Assembly: GCA_029263355.1 (NCBI GenBank) | Contig: JAJCXQ010000420.1 | Span: forward strand, 1,540-65,539 | DNA length: 64,000 nucleotides | Source: Acidobacteriota bacterium | Lineage (GTDB): Bacteria; Acidobacteriota; Thermoanaerobaculia; Multivoradales; J023 | Reading direction: 5' to 3' | Translations under genes and position numbers: made by a program | The notes under the pieces: generated by a model | What the model was told of the DNA's origin: nothing | The model's database searches: none | Seen by the model: only the letters and a program-made list of their open reading frames with translations | In this document: positions 30,101 to 37,650 of the stretch, in pieces | Layout: each line of letters opens with the position of its first letter | Numbering within the stretch: position 1 is the first letter of the stretch

Positions 30101-33100
30101 CCAACAGTTCAATACGCCGACTTTTCCATCTGGCAGCACGAGTGGCTAAGCGGTGACCATCTGCAAGAGCTGATCGGTTACTGGATAGAGAAGCTCGGCG
30201 GCGCGCCGCCAGTGCTGGAGCTCCCTACCGATCACCCGCGCCCGCCAGTGCCTACTTTCCACGGCGCGACTGCGGCAGAGCGGTGGTCACAAGAACTGGT
30301 CGAGGGGCTCCAGAAGCTCAGCCGGCGTGAGTCCTCGACTCTCTACATGGTGCTGCTCACCGGACTCAAGGCACTCCTGACGCGCTACACCGGCCTGACG
30401 GATATTAGTGTGGCATCGCCGATCGCCAACCGCAGTCGGCCCGAGATCGAAAATCTCATCGGGTTTTTTGTCAACACCCTGGTGATGCGGACGGATCTCG
30501 GCGGCGACATCGATTTCGACGAAGCGCTGGACCGCGTCCGCGAAGTAGCGCTAGGGGCCTTCGGTCATCAAGACGTGCCTTTTGAGCAGGTCGTCGAGGT
30601 CATGCAGCCGGAGCGAACTCTCAGCCACTCGCCACTGTTTCAGGTGATGTTCGTTCTACAGAACGCCACTTCGGACTCGATGCGTCTCCACGGTCTCGAA
30701 GTGACCCCGCTGGCCAGCCGTTCCGAGACCGCAAGGTTCGATCTCACCCTGGTGGTGACTGAACAGACGACCGGCGAACTGCAGGTCATGCTGGAGTACA
30801 GCACCGATCTTTTCGAGCACGCCACAATCTGTCGACTCCTCGATCACTATCGACGACTCCTCGAGGTTGTGGTGGCTGATCCCGAGCAGAGCCTCTGGGA
30901 GGCCGACATGCTGGCGCCGCACGAGCGCAACCAGCTACTCGCCGAGTGGTCTGGCAAACAGACCGACTACCCGAGCTCGGCTACCGTCGGCCAGCTTCTG
31001 GCTGAGCAGGCCGGCGAGCGGTCAGATGCCATCGCCGTCGTTTTCGACGACGAGCATCTGACCTATTCGGAGCTGGTGCGCCGAGCCGCGGCCCTCGCCT
31101 CGAGCCTGCGGCAAACAGGCCTTCGCCCCGGGGCTGTCGTCGGCCTCCTGACGGACCGCTCTCTGGAGTTGGTGGTGGCGCTGGCCGGCATCCTGCAGTC
31201 GGGCGCCGCATACCTGCCGCTCGATCCCTCTTATCCGGAGGAGCGACTGGCCTTCATGCTCGAGGACGCTGGCGTCGAGGTCCTCGTGGCACAGCCCCCG
31301 CTGCTCAAAGGCTTGCCGGCCGAGGGACTGACGGTGCTCGCCCTCGAACCCGGAACCGCCACCGCGCCCTCGGACACTGCGTCGAGGCACAAAGAGGAGC
31401 CAGCAGCGCTCTCCACCCAACAGCTGCATACGGCGCCAGAGAGCCTGGCCTACGTGATGTACACCTCGGGTTCGACTGGGCGGCCCAAGGGCGTCGGAGT
31501 GCCACACCGCGCCGTGGTCCGCCTAGTCCGGGACACCGACTATGTCCGTCTCGACGCCGGAGAGGTCATCCTGCAGCTGGCACCAATCTCTTTCGACGCG
31601 TCGACCCTCGAGATTTGGGGCTGTCTCCTCAACGGTGGCCGCTTAGCCGTGGCGCCGCCCGTAGCGCCAACTCTCAGCGAGCTCGGTAACTCGCTGCAGC
31701 GCCACCGGGTGTCGACGCTGTGGCTGACCGCGCCGTTATTCCATCAGATGGTGGACGCCGAGCCCGAGGCCCTGGCTGGGGTCCGTCAGATCCTCGCTGG
31801 CGGCGACGTGTTATCTCTCCCCCATTCCCGACGGGCCTTGGAAGCGGGTGTCGAACGCCTGATCAATGGCTACGGTCCGACCGAGAACACCACCTTCACC
31901 TGCTGCTTCGGCATGGACCACGTCGACGACGCATGGACCACCATTCCGATTGGGCGACCGATCGCCAATACCTCCGTTTATGTCCTGGACGCGCACGGTC
32001 TGCCGGTACCGCACGGCGTACCCGGAGAGCTGTACACCGGCGGCGACGGCCTTGCCTGGGGCTATTGGGACCGCCCTGCCCACACCGCTGCTCGTTTCGT
32101 GCCTGACCCCTTCGCCTCCGATGGCCGGTTATACCGGACCGGCGACCGCGTACGCTGGACAACAGCTGGCACGGTGGAGTTTCTGGGGCGGGTTGACCAC
32201 CAGATCAAGCTTCGCGGTTTCCGCATCGAGCTCGGCGAGATAGAAGTCTGTCTGGCCCAACATCCCCAGGTCGAAGAATGTGCGGTCGTACTTCGCGAGG
32301 ATACGCCGAGTGAGAAAAGGCTCATCGCTTACGTCGTCGCGACGTCAGAGCCGCCGCCGTCCGCTTCAGCCTTGCGATCCTTTGTCAAGGAACATCTTCC
32401 GGGTTACATGGTGCCTGCGATCGCCTTGTTGTTGCCCGAGCTACCGCTCAATCCGAACGGCAAGATCGACCGTGCTGCTCTGCCGGCCCCAGAAGATTTG
32501 ACGGCTGAGACCGGTATCGTGCCGCCGCAGACCCCGATCGAGGAAGTTGTAGCGGGAATCTGGGGCGACGTGCTGGGGGTCGACGCCGTCGGTCGCAGCT
32601 CTGACTTTTTCGACCTCGGTGGCCATTCGCTGCAAGCGACGCGAGTGACCTCACGGTTACGACGAGCCTTCGGCATCAACGTGCCGCTCAGAACGCTGTT
32701 CGAGGGCGCGACGGTGGCCAGCCTGGCAACCCTGGTCGAGAGCTCTCGCATCGAAGGAAAACCCAGCGCGCCACCGATCCTCCCCGTGAGCCGCGACAGT
32801 CACATGCCACTGTCTTTCGCACAGCAGCGACTATGGTTCCTCGACCAGCTCGAGCCCGATTCGATCCACTACAACGTGCCGGCCGTTTTCCGAATGGTTG
32901 GGCGGCTCGATCGGTCGGCTTTGGCCGCGACTCTCGACGCATTAGTGCAGCGCCACGAGGTACTGCGCACCCGCTTCCCTGCGATCGAAGGCAGGCCGGT
33001 GCAAGAAGTCCAAGAGATCTCGGCGGAGCTGCCGTTGATCGACCTGAGCTCTCTCGCCGAGCCACAACGCGACGCCCAGGTTCAGCACCTCTGCCGGACT

Positions 33101-36100
33101 GAGAACACTCGCCCCTTCGACCTCTTGAACGGCCCTGTGCTGCGCCTTCGGTTGCTGGCTCTCGGTCCCGAGGAGCACCTCCTCCAACTCAGCCTCCACC
33201 ACATTGTGGCCGATCTCTGGTCAATGGAAGCCCTGGTGAGCGAACTGCGGGAGCTTTACCAGGGACTGCTCGAGGATCGACCGATTAACCTTCCGGACTT
33301 GCCGGTGCAATATGCGGACTTCGCGACCTGGCAACGAAAGTGGCTAGCCAGCGACCTCTCTAAGGAGCTCACAGCTTACTGGCTGGAGCACCTCCGTGAT
33401 ATGGCGTCCTTGGTCGAGCTTCCGGCCGATCGGCCCCGTCCAACATCGCGCAGCCTGCGCGGTGCTATTGAGCGGGCTGCCTTGCCAACGGATCTGAGTG
33501 ATGACCTGCGCAGATTTGCGCGGCAAGAAGATGTCACCCTCTATATGACCCTCCTGGCCGGATTCCAGCTCCTCATCGCCCGCTACACGGGTCAATGGGA
33601 TGTCAGCGTCGCAGCGCCGATCGCGAACCGTCACCGACCGGAGATCGAGAACCTGATCGGGTTTTTCGTCAACACGCTGGTCATGCGGGCCGACCTATCA
33701 GGCCAACCGAGCTTCCAGGAAACCGTCGCTCGTGTGCGAGAAACCGCACTCGGTGCCTACGCCCATCAGGATTTGCCGTTCGAGCGCTTGGTAGAGCTGC
33801 TGCAGCCCGAAAGGGCCCTCAGCCATACGCCTCTGGTGCAGGTCATGTTCGTCCACCAGAGCTCTCAGGCGACGGCGTTGGAGCTCTCCGGACTCGAAAT
33901 CAGCTCACTCCCCCAGCGCACGGACACCGCCAAATTTGACCTCACTGTCGTCGTCGATGAGGACTCTGACCAGCTTCAGACAGTCGAAGTCGAATACAGC
34001 ACGGATTTGTTCGACCCAGGGACCATCCGACGCCTGATCGATGCGTTCCGCGTCCTGCTGACCGGCGCCATGGCCGATCCAGAGATGCCGACCGGCTACC
34101 TGCCACTGCTCTCCGCTACGGAGCGTCGCAAGATCGTGGAAGGCTGGAACCAGACCCAGCGGTCCTACCCTTCCGAGTCTTCTCTGTGGAGCCTCTTTTC
34201 CGAGCAAGCCGCCGCCCGACCTGACGCCGTAGCGATCGAGTATGGAGCCGACCAACTCAGCTACGGGGAGCTCGCGCGGCGGGCTCGACGCCTGGCTTCG
34301 GAGCTGCAAGCATCCGGTGTCGAGCGTGGCCACTGTGTGGGGGTTTATCTCGAACGCTCGCTGGCGCTTGCGGAAGCGGTCGTCGGCATCTTGGCGGCTG
34401 GCGGCGCCTACGTTCCGCTCGACCCCGAGTATCCCGCCGAGCGTCTCGACTTCATGATCGAGGATACGGGCTTGGCAATGGTGATCACGGCCACGAACGA
34501 GCTGCCGGTGGGCATCGTTGCCGCCGAGATCAACCTCCATCGACTATCGGACGCCACGCCTGAGGCTACCGAGATGGTGAGCGACGGTGACGATATTGCG
34601 TACGTCATCTATACCTCGGGCTCCACTGGACACCCCAAGGGTGTCACCGTACCCCAGCATGCCGTCGCCCGGCTTCTGCTCGGCACCGACTTCCTTCAGC
34701 TCGCTCCAGGCGACCGTGTCGCCCAGGCATCGACCACCTCATTCGACGCCGCGACCTTCGAAATCTGGGGGGCCCTGCTCAACGGCGGCCGCTTGATCGG
34801 CCTCGAGCGCCAGGTAACTCTGGAAGCCAAACATCTTGCCGAGGACCTTCGGCGGCGACGGGTCGACAGCCTGTTCACCACAACAGCGCTCTTCAACCAG
34901 ATTGTCCGTCAAGACTCCACTGCCTACGGTAGCTTGCGCGATCTTCTTTTCGGCGGCGAGGCGGTCGATCCCAATGCCGTGCGCCAAGTCTTAGCTGGAA
35001 GCCCACCCCAGCGGCTACTCCATGTCTACGGTCCTACCGAGGTGACAACATTCGCCACCTGGCACCTAGTGACTGAAGTTCCCGCCGCAGCCACAACCGT
35101 GACCATCGGCCACCCGATCGGCAACACCACGGCCTACATCACTGACGAGCGCCTCCAGCCCTTACCCATCGGCGTCCCGGGTGAGCTTCAACTCGGCGGC
35201 GACGGTCTTTCCCGCGGCTACTTCGCCCGCCCTGCACTCAGCGCCGAGCGTTTCGTGCCCAACCCTTTTGCCGATAGCGAGCGCCTCTACCGCACCGGAG
35301 ACCGCGTGCGCAGCCGCCAAGACGGCACCATCGAGTTTCTCGGCCGCGTTGACCATCAAATCAAGCTCCGAGGTTTCCGTATCGAGCTGGGAGAAATCGA
35401 AGCCCTTCTCGCCCAGCACCCCGAGATCGACGCCGCGACCGTGCTCCTGCGCGAAGATCGGCCCGGCGACAAGCGACTCGTGGCCTACGTCGTAGCCCAT
35501 CCAGACTTGCCTCTCCTCGCCGACCAACTCCAAGCTTTCCTCGGAGAGCAACTGCCCCAATTCATGATCCCGGGCTTCTTCGTCAGCCTCGATAGCCTGC
35601 CGTTGACAGCCAACGGCAAGATAGATCGAAGCGCTCTGGTTGCTCCCGAAGATTTACAGCTGCTCGCAGAAGGCGATCTGGCACCGCCACAAACGCCCGT
35701 TGAAGAAGCGGTTTCGACCATCTGGGAGGAGGTTCTGCAGCGCAACAGAATCGGGCGCAACGCCAACTTCTTCGACCTCGGGGGCCATTCACTACTTGCC
35801 ACCCAGGTGGTTTCCCGAGTGCGCCAGACTTTTCAAATCGACCTACCGATCGCCGAAATCTTCGAATCTCAGACCGTGAAGGGACTCGCCGCCCGAATCA
35901 GCGAAGCGTTGCCCACTGCCGACACCCTCGTCGCGCCTCCCATACGTCGCAGGGCCCGCGGTGAGCGACTGCCTTTGTCTTTCGCTCAGCAGCGCCTCTG
36001 GTTTCTCGACCAGCTGCAACCCGACAGTGACCAGTACAACATCCCGGCGTTCTTTCGTGTTCAGGGCTTGCTCGACACCACGGCTTTCGAAGCGGCCCTA

Positions 36101-37489
36101 AGAGAGATAGTGCGTCGGCACGAAGTTCTACGGACTCGCTTTCTGAGGGTCGATGGCACGCCTGAACAAATCATCGACGAAACGTCCGACTTCGTCGTCG
36201 AGCGCGCCGACTTGACCGACATGCCACCGGAGCAGCGAGAGGTCGAGGTCCGACGCCTGGCGCGGAAAGAGGCGAAGCAGCCCTTCGACCTCGCAACCGA
36301 TCCCGTTCTGCGCGCAAAGCTCCTAAGCCTTAGCGATGACGAACACGCCTTGTTCCTGACCGTGCACCACATTGCCGCCGACGGTTGGTCGCTGGGTATC
36401 CTGATGCGCGAGCTGACCCCCCTCTACGAGGCGTTTCGCCGCAACGAACCATCGCCACTGCCGGAGCTCACCCTTCAGTACGCGGACTTCTCGGTCTGGC
36501 AGCGCAAATGGCTCTCGGACACAGTGCTCGATCGCCAACTGGATTATTGGCGACAACGTCTCGATGGCGCACCACCGGCTCTCGACCTACCTGCTGATCG
36601 ACCACGGCAGGCCCAACCGACACTAGCCGGCGGCAGGGAACCACTAGAGATCCCCAAGCAGCTCGCCGGACAGATCAAAGAGTTCGCCCGGACCCGCAAC
36701 GCGACACTGTTCATGACCTTGCTGGCGGCCTTCAAGACACTTCTCATGCGCTACTCCGGGGTGGACGACATCGTTGTCGGCACCCCGGTTGCCAACCGCA
36801 ATCGGGTAGAGACTGACGGATTGATTGGCTTCTTCGTCAACACCCTGGTCCTGCGTTCTGACCTCGGTGACAACCCAAGTTTCTTGCAACTTCTCGAGCG
36901 AGTTCGAGAGGTCACACTCTCAGCTTACGCCCATCAAGACTTACCTTTTGAGCGCTTGGTCGAGGAGCTCGTCCCAGCACGAGACCTCTCGCGCACGCCG
37001 CTCTTTCAGGTGATGTTCGTGGTGCAGAACACTTCTCCGATCGCGACCGAGTTGGCGGACCTTAACCTCACTCCGATGCCGATCAAAGGTGATAGTTCGA
37101 AGTTCGACCTGACTCTCAGCGTGGCAGAGACTGAGGACACTATTACCGCACTCGCCGAGTACAGCAGAGATCTCTTCGATCCACCAACCATCCGACGGTT
37201 GTTGCAGAGTTTCCGTATTTTGCTCGAAGGCATCGTGGAAAACCCAGAGGCACGTTTGGCAGATCTTCCCTTGCTCGAACCCAGCGAGCGCGCCCGCTTG
37301 CTGGCGGCCGGCGGACCTGCCTTCGAAACCACTCCGAGCGGAGTCAGTCTCGGCACGCTCTTCGCGCGCCAGGCAGCGGCCGATCCGGAACGTGTCGCGA
37401 TGGTGTCCGCCGACGACAGCTGGACCTATGGTGACGTCGATTCACAATCGACCGGCCTGGCGCAGCTACTCAAGGAGCTGGTCCAATGA
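18134..37489 (+). CDS. non-ribosomal peptide synthetase 1: (A-T-C)x6 plus the first ~70 aa of adenylation domain 7
   Basis: 6451-aa ORF. A3 cores YTSGSTGxPKG lie near nt 18670, 21870, 25060, 28260, 31460 and 34610. Carrier-protein serines lie near 19846 (GAHSL), 23045, 26260, 29420, 32625 and 35785 (GGHSL). LCL-type C domains (LSFAQQRLWFL, HHxxxDG) lie near 20420, 23620, 26835, 30000, 33200 (HHIVADL) and 36365. There is no starter C domain. The gene ends ...WTYGDVDSQSTGLAQLLKELVQ*, just after the A1 motif. An alternative start is GTG 18212. Confidence 0.95.
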   Translation: MPGDRCRALRAAGEASVLQNIVEARTVTGVYPSEASLWQLFADQAETRPDAVAVEYGAELLDYGELAHRARRIAAALQTAGVERGDRIGLYLERSPALIESMLGILAAGGAYVPLDLDYPAERIAFMIEDADVSVVVTAASELPGGIEATVLALSQVPAIAAAPSELPSIGGADLGCVIYTSGSTGRPKGVSVPQRAVSRLVLGTDYLQIVPGDRVGQVSNASFDAATFEIWSALLNGGRLVGLERQLSLDADQLATELRSRRVDSLLHTTAPFNHIVHQNPTTYSSLRDLMIGAEAAVPRVVRRVLDTASPQRLLNLYGPTEATTLATWHPVTEVPDDATTIPIGRPIANTAAYIVDEHLKPVPGGVAGELLLGGDGLAHGYFAKPALSAERFVPNPFGDGERLYRTGDRVRSRDDDNIEFLGRVDNQVKLRGFRIELGEIEATLAQHPEVDSATVLLREDEPGDKHLVAYIIGRPGSSPEDVLLRTFLEDRLPNFMLPSAYVFLDALPLTPNGKVDRNALPVPPKVRSTTSEEAALATPLERQLAEIVSELLGLEEVGIHENLFTLGAHSLLAARLITRLRRELNQELSVTELFAHPTVAELAESIEGKAGQPRAESLNLVQVDRSAGLPLSFPQERIWFLEQLAPGNIAYNFQAQIELDGPLDPHLCQRSLSEIVRRHEIFRTRFAAVNGQPVQVVTPPFSVELPVIDLGAIPREEAERRIERAVAIDVRRPFDILQLPLIRWRLFRLADERWVLFQMEHHFVHDGWSFSVYLREFKEIYQAFAAGRPSPLPELRIQFGDYVAWHRRRMQGEVLEECQNYWLRRLQGSPQTLELPTDHPRPPVLRYRGGMVQVELPLDLARRARERSRALGVTLFNTMKAAFDVLLYRYTGQTDLLVGTGAANRRWPETEGLLGMLVNSLILRSDLAGNPSFEQLAKVSREAFRRDWVYEDVRLDLLVEKLAPERDLSRNPLFQVTFSFHDSPEPDLEFAGLRGVPRMLHNGSAKADFNVVVIPRAEQRVGREPRPEQEWIRLHWEYSTDLFERSTVERIASHYLNLLADAVQHPEKEISNLTLLSAEERREVVVDWNQTAQPYPAEASLWRLFADQAAARTDAVAVEYDAEQLSYGKLAHRARRLAATLKAAGVERGDCVGLYLERSAPLIEAILGILAADAAYVPLDPDYPEERLGFMIGDTGLSVVVTDADELPATFGATALNLSQLSAAELTHPPVSDGSDLAYVIYTSGSTGRPKGVAVPQHAVARLVLGSDYLQLATSDRVAQASTFSFDAATFEIWSALLNGGRLVGLERQKTLDAESLDSELRGRRIDSLFTTTALFNQIVQQDPTAYASLRDLLFGGEAVDTRAVRRVALAAPPKRLLHVYGPTEVTTFATWTSVTEISDGAITVPIGRPIANTTAYVVDERLRPLPVGVPGELLLGADGLARGYFARPALSAERFVPNPFGDGERLYRTGDRVRTRHNGAIEFLGRVDHQVKLRGFRIELGEIEANLSQHPELSAAAVLLREDRPGDKRLVAYVATSTDADDLPLQLRTFLNERLPSFMMPHVFVALDTLPLTPGGKVDRSSLPLPEAFAGEEDGGEHYVAPRTPTEEVLAAIWEGLLGSSRVGLHDDFFDLGGHSLLAMQVISRARQAFDVELPLEVLFESPTVARLAARVKATLNTKADTLPALQPQPANTEPVLSFAQVRLWFLDRLEGPTSRYNVPVGIRLRGALRTAALTDSLNTVVDRHEPLRAYFPEVGGHPRLTIVEQLRLRLSSIDLRGLSPAVAEIEREQLLLDAFTRSFDLERGPLVRAYLLRLADDDHVLFLNMHHIVTDGWSIGVLVREVAALYAAKIDGRPSPLAPLPIRYADFAAWQRHWFEGDFLDQHLGFWRQQLAGSPPLLEVPTDRPRREDSTAPGAWETVVYPVARTAELNHLAIAEDSTQFMTLLAGFQALLSRYSRQQDLTVGTPVSGRNRLEVENLIGFFVNLLVLRTDLTGDPNFRQLLRRVRRTTVTAFAHQDVPFEQVVEALKPPRSLARTPLFQAMFVLQEPALSELRMQGLEVEPVVVIPVEAKYDLNLAVTPRREGLVAAMEYNTDLFDRVTIHRFLGHLGALFEAVVENPETRLSRIPLLTPAERSELAANMNVAQPLADGARPDAVAAFEAQVQRSPTAPALMARDRSLAFEDVDCSANRLARFLLDNGIGPEQTVGLAGERTPELAIALLAIFKAGAVALPLDSRLPGERFDFIVADSGVAAILGSAPQMSERDDNTDSIVLLPFPSKEDLARYSSESLELVRQPEQLAYIIYTSGSTGAPKGVGVSHGALGRQLAFGPRYYRFSPQDRLLHTASFSFDVAFEDLLAPLTVGAAVIFSDPDLPAPAQLLADIRHRGVTAVDLTPAYWAQILDEVEKHDTTGLEELTTVIVGGEALPPSAVERWCRLAPPTQRLLNAYGPTEAVITTTIYEVDRRRADIGWPRTPIGQVFGDRLLVVTDPGGEPTPVGVPGELAIGGQFLARGYHARPRETANNFRPDTFSHTAGTRLYRTGDLVRTRGDGDLEFLGRIDHQIKLRGFRIELGEIEAVLCLHREVNECAILLREDTPGNPRLVAYLIVARGQQPADDLRAFLAAQLPDYMVPSVFVGLPSLPLTANGKIDRQALPLPEDVTSQTTERIPKPSTSPFGELVAAIFSDVLSAGEVRLDADFFDLGGHSLLATQVISRVKRALGVGLPLRALFENPTPEALGQKIADARSDGRSDGHARREPPLLISVGRQRPTVLSFAQQRLWFLEQLQGEPGLYNFPVVLELDGALDAEALAASLHAIIRRHEALRTTFPATDGKPTQRILERIQLSLGPIEDAGNATEERLTAEASRPFDLATGPLIRSRLFRIGPDRHLLLLTLHHIICDGWSLAVLNRELMTLYDAFCSGRPNPLEELPAQYADFAAWQRRWLSGEVLDGQLGYWSQRLAAMPPLLEMPTDRPRPAVRTFRGANQELSLPSELASRLVAFSRQRDVTLFMTLLATFQTLLMRHSGQTDIVVGTGIANRNRAEIEDLIGFFVNTLLMRGDLSGRPSFLTLLDRVREAALGAYEHQDLPFELLVEHLQPERSLSHSPLAQVFFLLQNAPLGDPRIPGLEVRPREIDTHTSKFDLSLSLIETETGLEGSLVYRSDLFDHTTVSRLLNQFTVLLRSAVAGPRRSIVDLAMLSNEERHQALVEWNDTTAPTLATTLQHRFAAQAAMAPDHIAAVFGAHTLSYGELERRTEHLARHLCQLGAGPETPVALAVERSLELVVGVLAVLKTGGAWVPMDPALPEERLAYILEDSGARLILTQLQSQLPPFWEGTGVSTVYLDAEPSDAEDNNSPAPLPQVSENNLAYVIYTSGSTGRPKGAGLTHRGLANLCSAQGAAFGVGSSDRVLQFSALSFDASVFEIAMALPAGATLCLAERFELLPGPDLIGLLKDLRITAVTLTPTAVAALPVGELPALRTMVVAGEAFPPDLARRWGTGRRLVNAYGPTEATVWATACTYRTGSETLPIGLPIQGVVANVTDASLKATPIGVAGELTLTGHGLARGYLGLPAKTASAFVPSAWGTEPGARLYRTGDRVQRLSDGAFEFLGRIDYQVKLRGFRIELGEIESVLADHHEIEQCAVVLREDGSGDKLLVAFLTAAFDPPPTVEELRAFLQAQLPEYMVPGRFVPLPELPLNPSGKIDRNALPDPDRLVDEGADYTPPSNLTEEVVASIWAEILGCERVGAGANFFDLGGHSLLATQVVARLRRAFNVEIPLRTLFQHPSLEDLAARIDAETVADRPAASAPPIRAARRDGEIPLSFAQRRLWFLDQLLPGTSHYNIPAFFRLEGHLDLAALEATASALLLRHEALRTRFPEVGGVATQVISEPAPVALPLVDLGGIAETERGNEVERLLRREAERPFDLVAGPVTRWHVVRLGAEEHVLLLTLHHIVFDGWSMGVLVRELDALYRAAVEGEQCALSAPTVQYADFSIWQHEWLSGDHLQELIGYWIEKLGGAPPVLELPTDHPRPPVPTFHGATAAERWSQELVEGLQKLSRRESSTLYMVLLTGLKALLTRYTGLTDISVASPIANRSRPEIENLIGFFVNTLVMRTDLGGDIDFDEALDRVREVALGAFGHQDVPFEQVVEVMQPERTLSHSPLFQVMFVLQNATSDSMRLHGLEVTPLASRSETARFDLTLVVTEQTTGELQVMLEYSTDLFEHATICRLLDHYRRLLEVVVADPEQSLWEADMLAPHERNQLLAEWSGKQTDYPSSATVGQLLAEQAGERSDAIAVVFDDEHLTYSELVRRAAALASSLRQTGLRPGAVVGLLTDRSLELVVALAGILQSGAAYLPLDPSYPEERLAFMLEDAGVEVLVAQPPLLKGLPAEGLTVLALEPGTATAPSDTASRHKEEPAALSTQQLHTAPESLAYVMYTSGSTGRPKGVGVPHRAVVRLVRDTDYVRLDAGEVILQLAPISFDASTLEIWGCLLNGGRLAVAPPVAPTLSELGNSLQRHRVSTLWLTAPLFHQMVDAEPEALAGVRQILAGGDVLSLPHSRRALEAGVERLINGYGPTENTTFTCCFGMDHVDDAWTTIPIGRPIANTSVYVLDAHGLPVPHGVPGELYTGGDGLAWGYWDRPAHTAARFVPDPFASDGRLYRTGDRVRWTTAGTVEFLGRVDHQIKLRGFRIELGEIEVCLAQHPQVEECAVVLREDTPSEKRLIAYVVATSEPPPSASALRSFVKEHLPGYMVPAIALLLPELPLNPNGKIDRAALPAPEDLTAETGIVPPQTPIEEVVAGIWGDVLGVDAVGRSSDFFDLGGHSLQATRVTSRLRRAFGINVPLRTLFEGATVASLATLVESSRIEGKPSAPPILPVSRDSHMPLSFAQQRLWFLDQLEPDSIHYNVPAVFRMVGRLDRSALAATLDALVQRHEVLRTRFPAIEGRPVQEVQEISAELPLIDLSSLAEPQRDAQVQHLCRTENTRPFDLLNGPVLRLRLLALGPEEHLLQLSLHHIVADLWSMEALVSELRELYQGLLEDRPINLPDLPVQYADFATWQRKWLASDLSKELTAYWLEHLRDMASLVELPADRPRPTSRSLRGAIERAALPTDLSDDLRRFARQEDVTLYMTLLAGFQLLIARYTGQWDVSVAAPIANRHRPEIENLIGFFVNTLVMRADLSGQPSFQETVARVRETALGAYAHQDLPFERLVELLQPERALSHTPLVQVMFVHQSSQATALELSGLEISSLPQRTDTAKFDLTVVVDEDSDQLQTVEVEYSTDLFDPGTIRRLIDAFRVLLTGAMADPEMPTGYLPLLSATERRKIVEGWNQTQRSYPSESSLWSLFSEQAAARPDAVAIEYGADQLSYGELARRARRLASELQASGVERGHCVGVYLERSLALAEAVVGILAAGGAYVPLDPEYPAERLDFMIEDTGLAMVITATNELPVGIVAAEINLHRLSDATPEATEMVSDGDDIAYVIYTSGSTGHPKGVTVPQHAVARLLLGTDFLQLAPGDRVAQASTTSFDAATFEIWGALLNGGRLIGLERQVTLEAKHLAEDLRRRRVDSLFTTTALFNQIVRQDSTAYGSLRDLLFGGEAVDPNAVRQVLAGSPPQRLLHVYGPTEVTTFATWHLVTEVPAAATTVTIGHPIGNTTAYITDERLQPLPIGVPGELQLGGDGLSRGYFARPALSAERFVPNPFADSERLYRTGDRVRSRQDGTIEFLGRVDHQIKLRGFRIELGEIEALLAQHPEIDAATVLLREDRPGDKRLVAYVVAHPDLPLLADQLQAFLGEQLPQFMIPGFFVSLDSLPLTANGKIDRSALVAPEDLQLLAEGDLAPPQTPVEEAVSTIWEEVLQRNRIGRNANFFDLGGHSLLATQVVSRVRQTFQIDLPIAEIFESQTVKGLAARISEALPTADTLVAPPIRRRARGERLPLSFAQQRLWFLDQLQPDSDQYNIPAFFRVQGLLDTTAFEAALREIVRRHEVLRTRFLRVDGTPEQIIDETSDFVVERADLTDMPPEQREVEVRRLARKEAKQPFDLATDPVLRAKLLSLSDDEHALFLTVHHIAADGWSLGILMRELTPLYEAFRRNEPSPLPELTLQYADFSVWQRKWLSDTVLDRQLDYWRQRLDGAPPALDLPADRPRQAQPTLAGGREPLEIPKQLAGQIKEFARTRNATLFMTLLAAFKTLLMRYSGVDDIVVGTPVANRNRVETDGLIGFFVNTLVLRSDLGDNPSFLQLLERVREVTLSAYAHQDLPFERLVEELVPARDLSRTPLFQVMFVVQNTSPIATELADLNLTPMPIKGDSSKFDLTLSVAETEDTITALAEYSRDLFDPPTIRRLLQSFRILLEGIVENPEARLADLPLLEPSERARLLAAGGPAFETTPSGVSLGTLFARQAAADPERVAMVSADDSWTYGDVDSQSTGLAQLLKELVQ

Positions 37490-37650
37490 TCGAGAATCGA
37501 CAACTTCACCTACCACAGCGAGATCTCATCGCCGCCGGGTTGAAGTCACCGGCATTCCACGATCGCCTCGGCCCCGACCGGCCCCTCGATCCGGGCAAGA
37601 CAGCTGCGCCCCGAGAGTCCATCGGAAACCGAGGAGCCCGAAGCTCATGA
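37486..37650 (+). CDS. 54-codon ORF nested between NRPS genes 1 and 2 (hypothetical; possibly just a coupling spacer)
   Basis: MIENRQLHLPQRDLIAAGLKSPAFHDRLGPDRPLDPGKTAAPRESIGNRGARSS. Its ATG overlaps the NRPS1 stop (CAATGA, 37484-37489) and its TGA overlaps the NRPS2 ATG (TCATGA, 37645-37650). It is below the ORF-track size cut-off and has no recognisable domain. Confidence 0.35.
   Translation: MIENRQLHLPQRDLIAAGLKSPAFHDRLGPDRPLDPGKTAAPRESIGNRGARSS

Noticed and set aside
37392-37646. Upstream extension of the NRPS2 ORF in the track
   Set aside because: It overlaps the end of NRPS1 and reads as Arg/Pro/Ser-rich sequence with no A-domain homology. Homology to the paralogous module-11 A domain begins right after the Met at 37647.
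37486-37650. Possibility that the 54-aa inter-NRPS ORF is an MbtH-like protein
   Set aside because: It lacks the conserved Trp residues and SxWP-type signature of MbtH proteins and is shorter than they are. It is kept only as an unassigned smORF.
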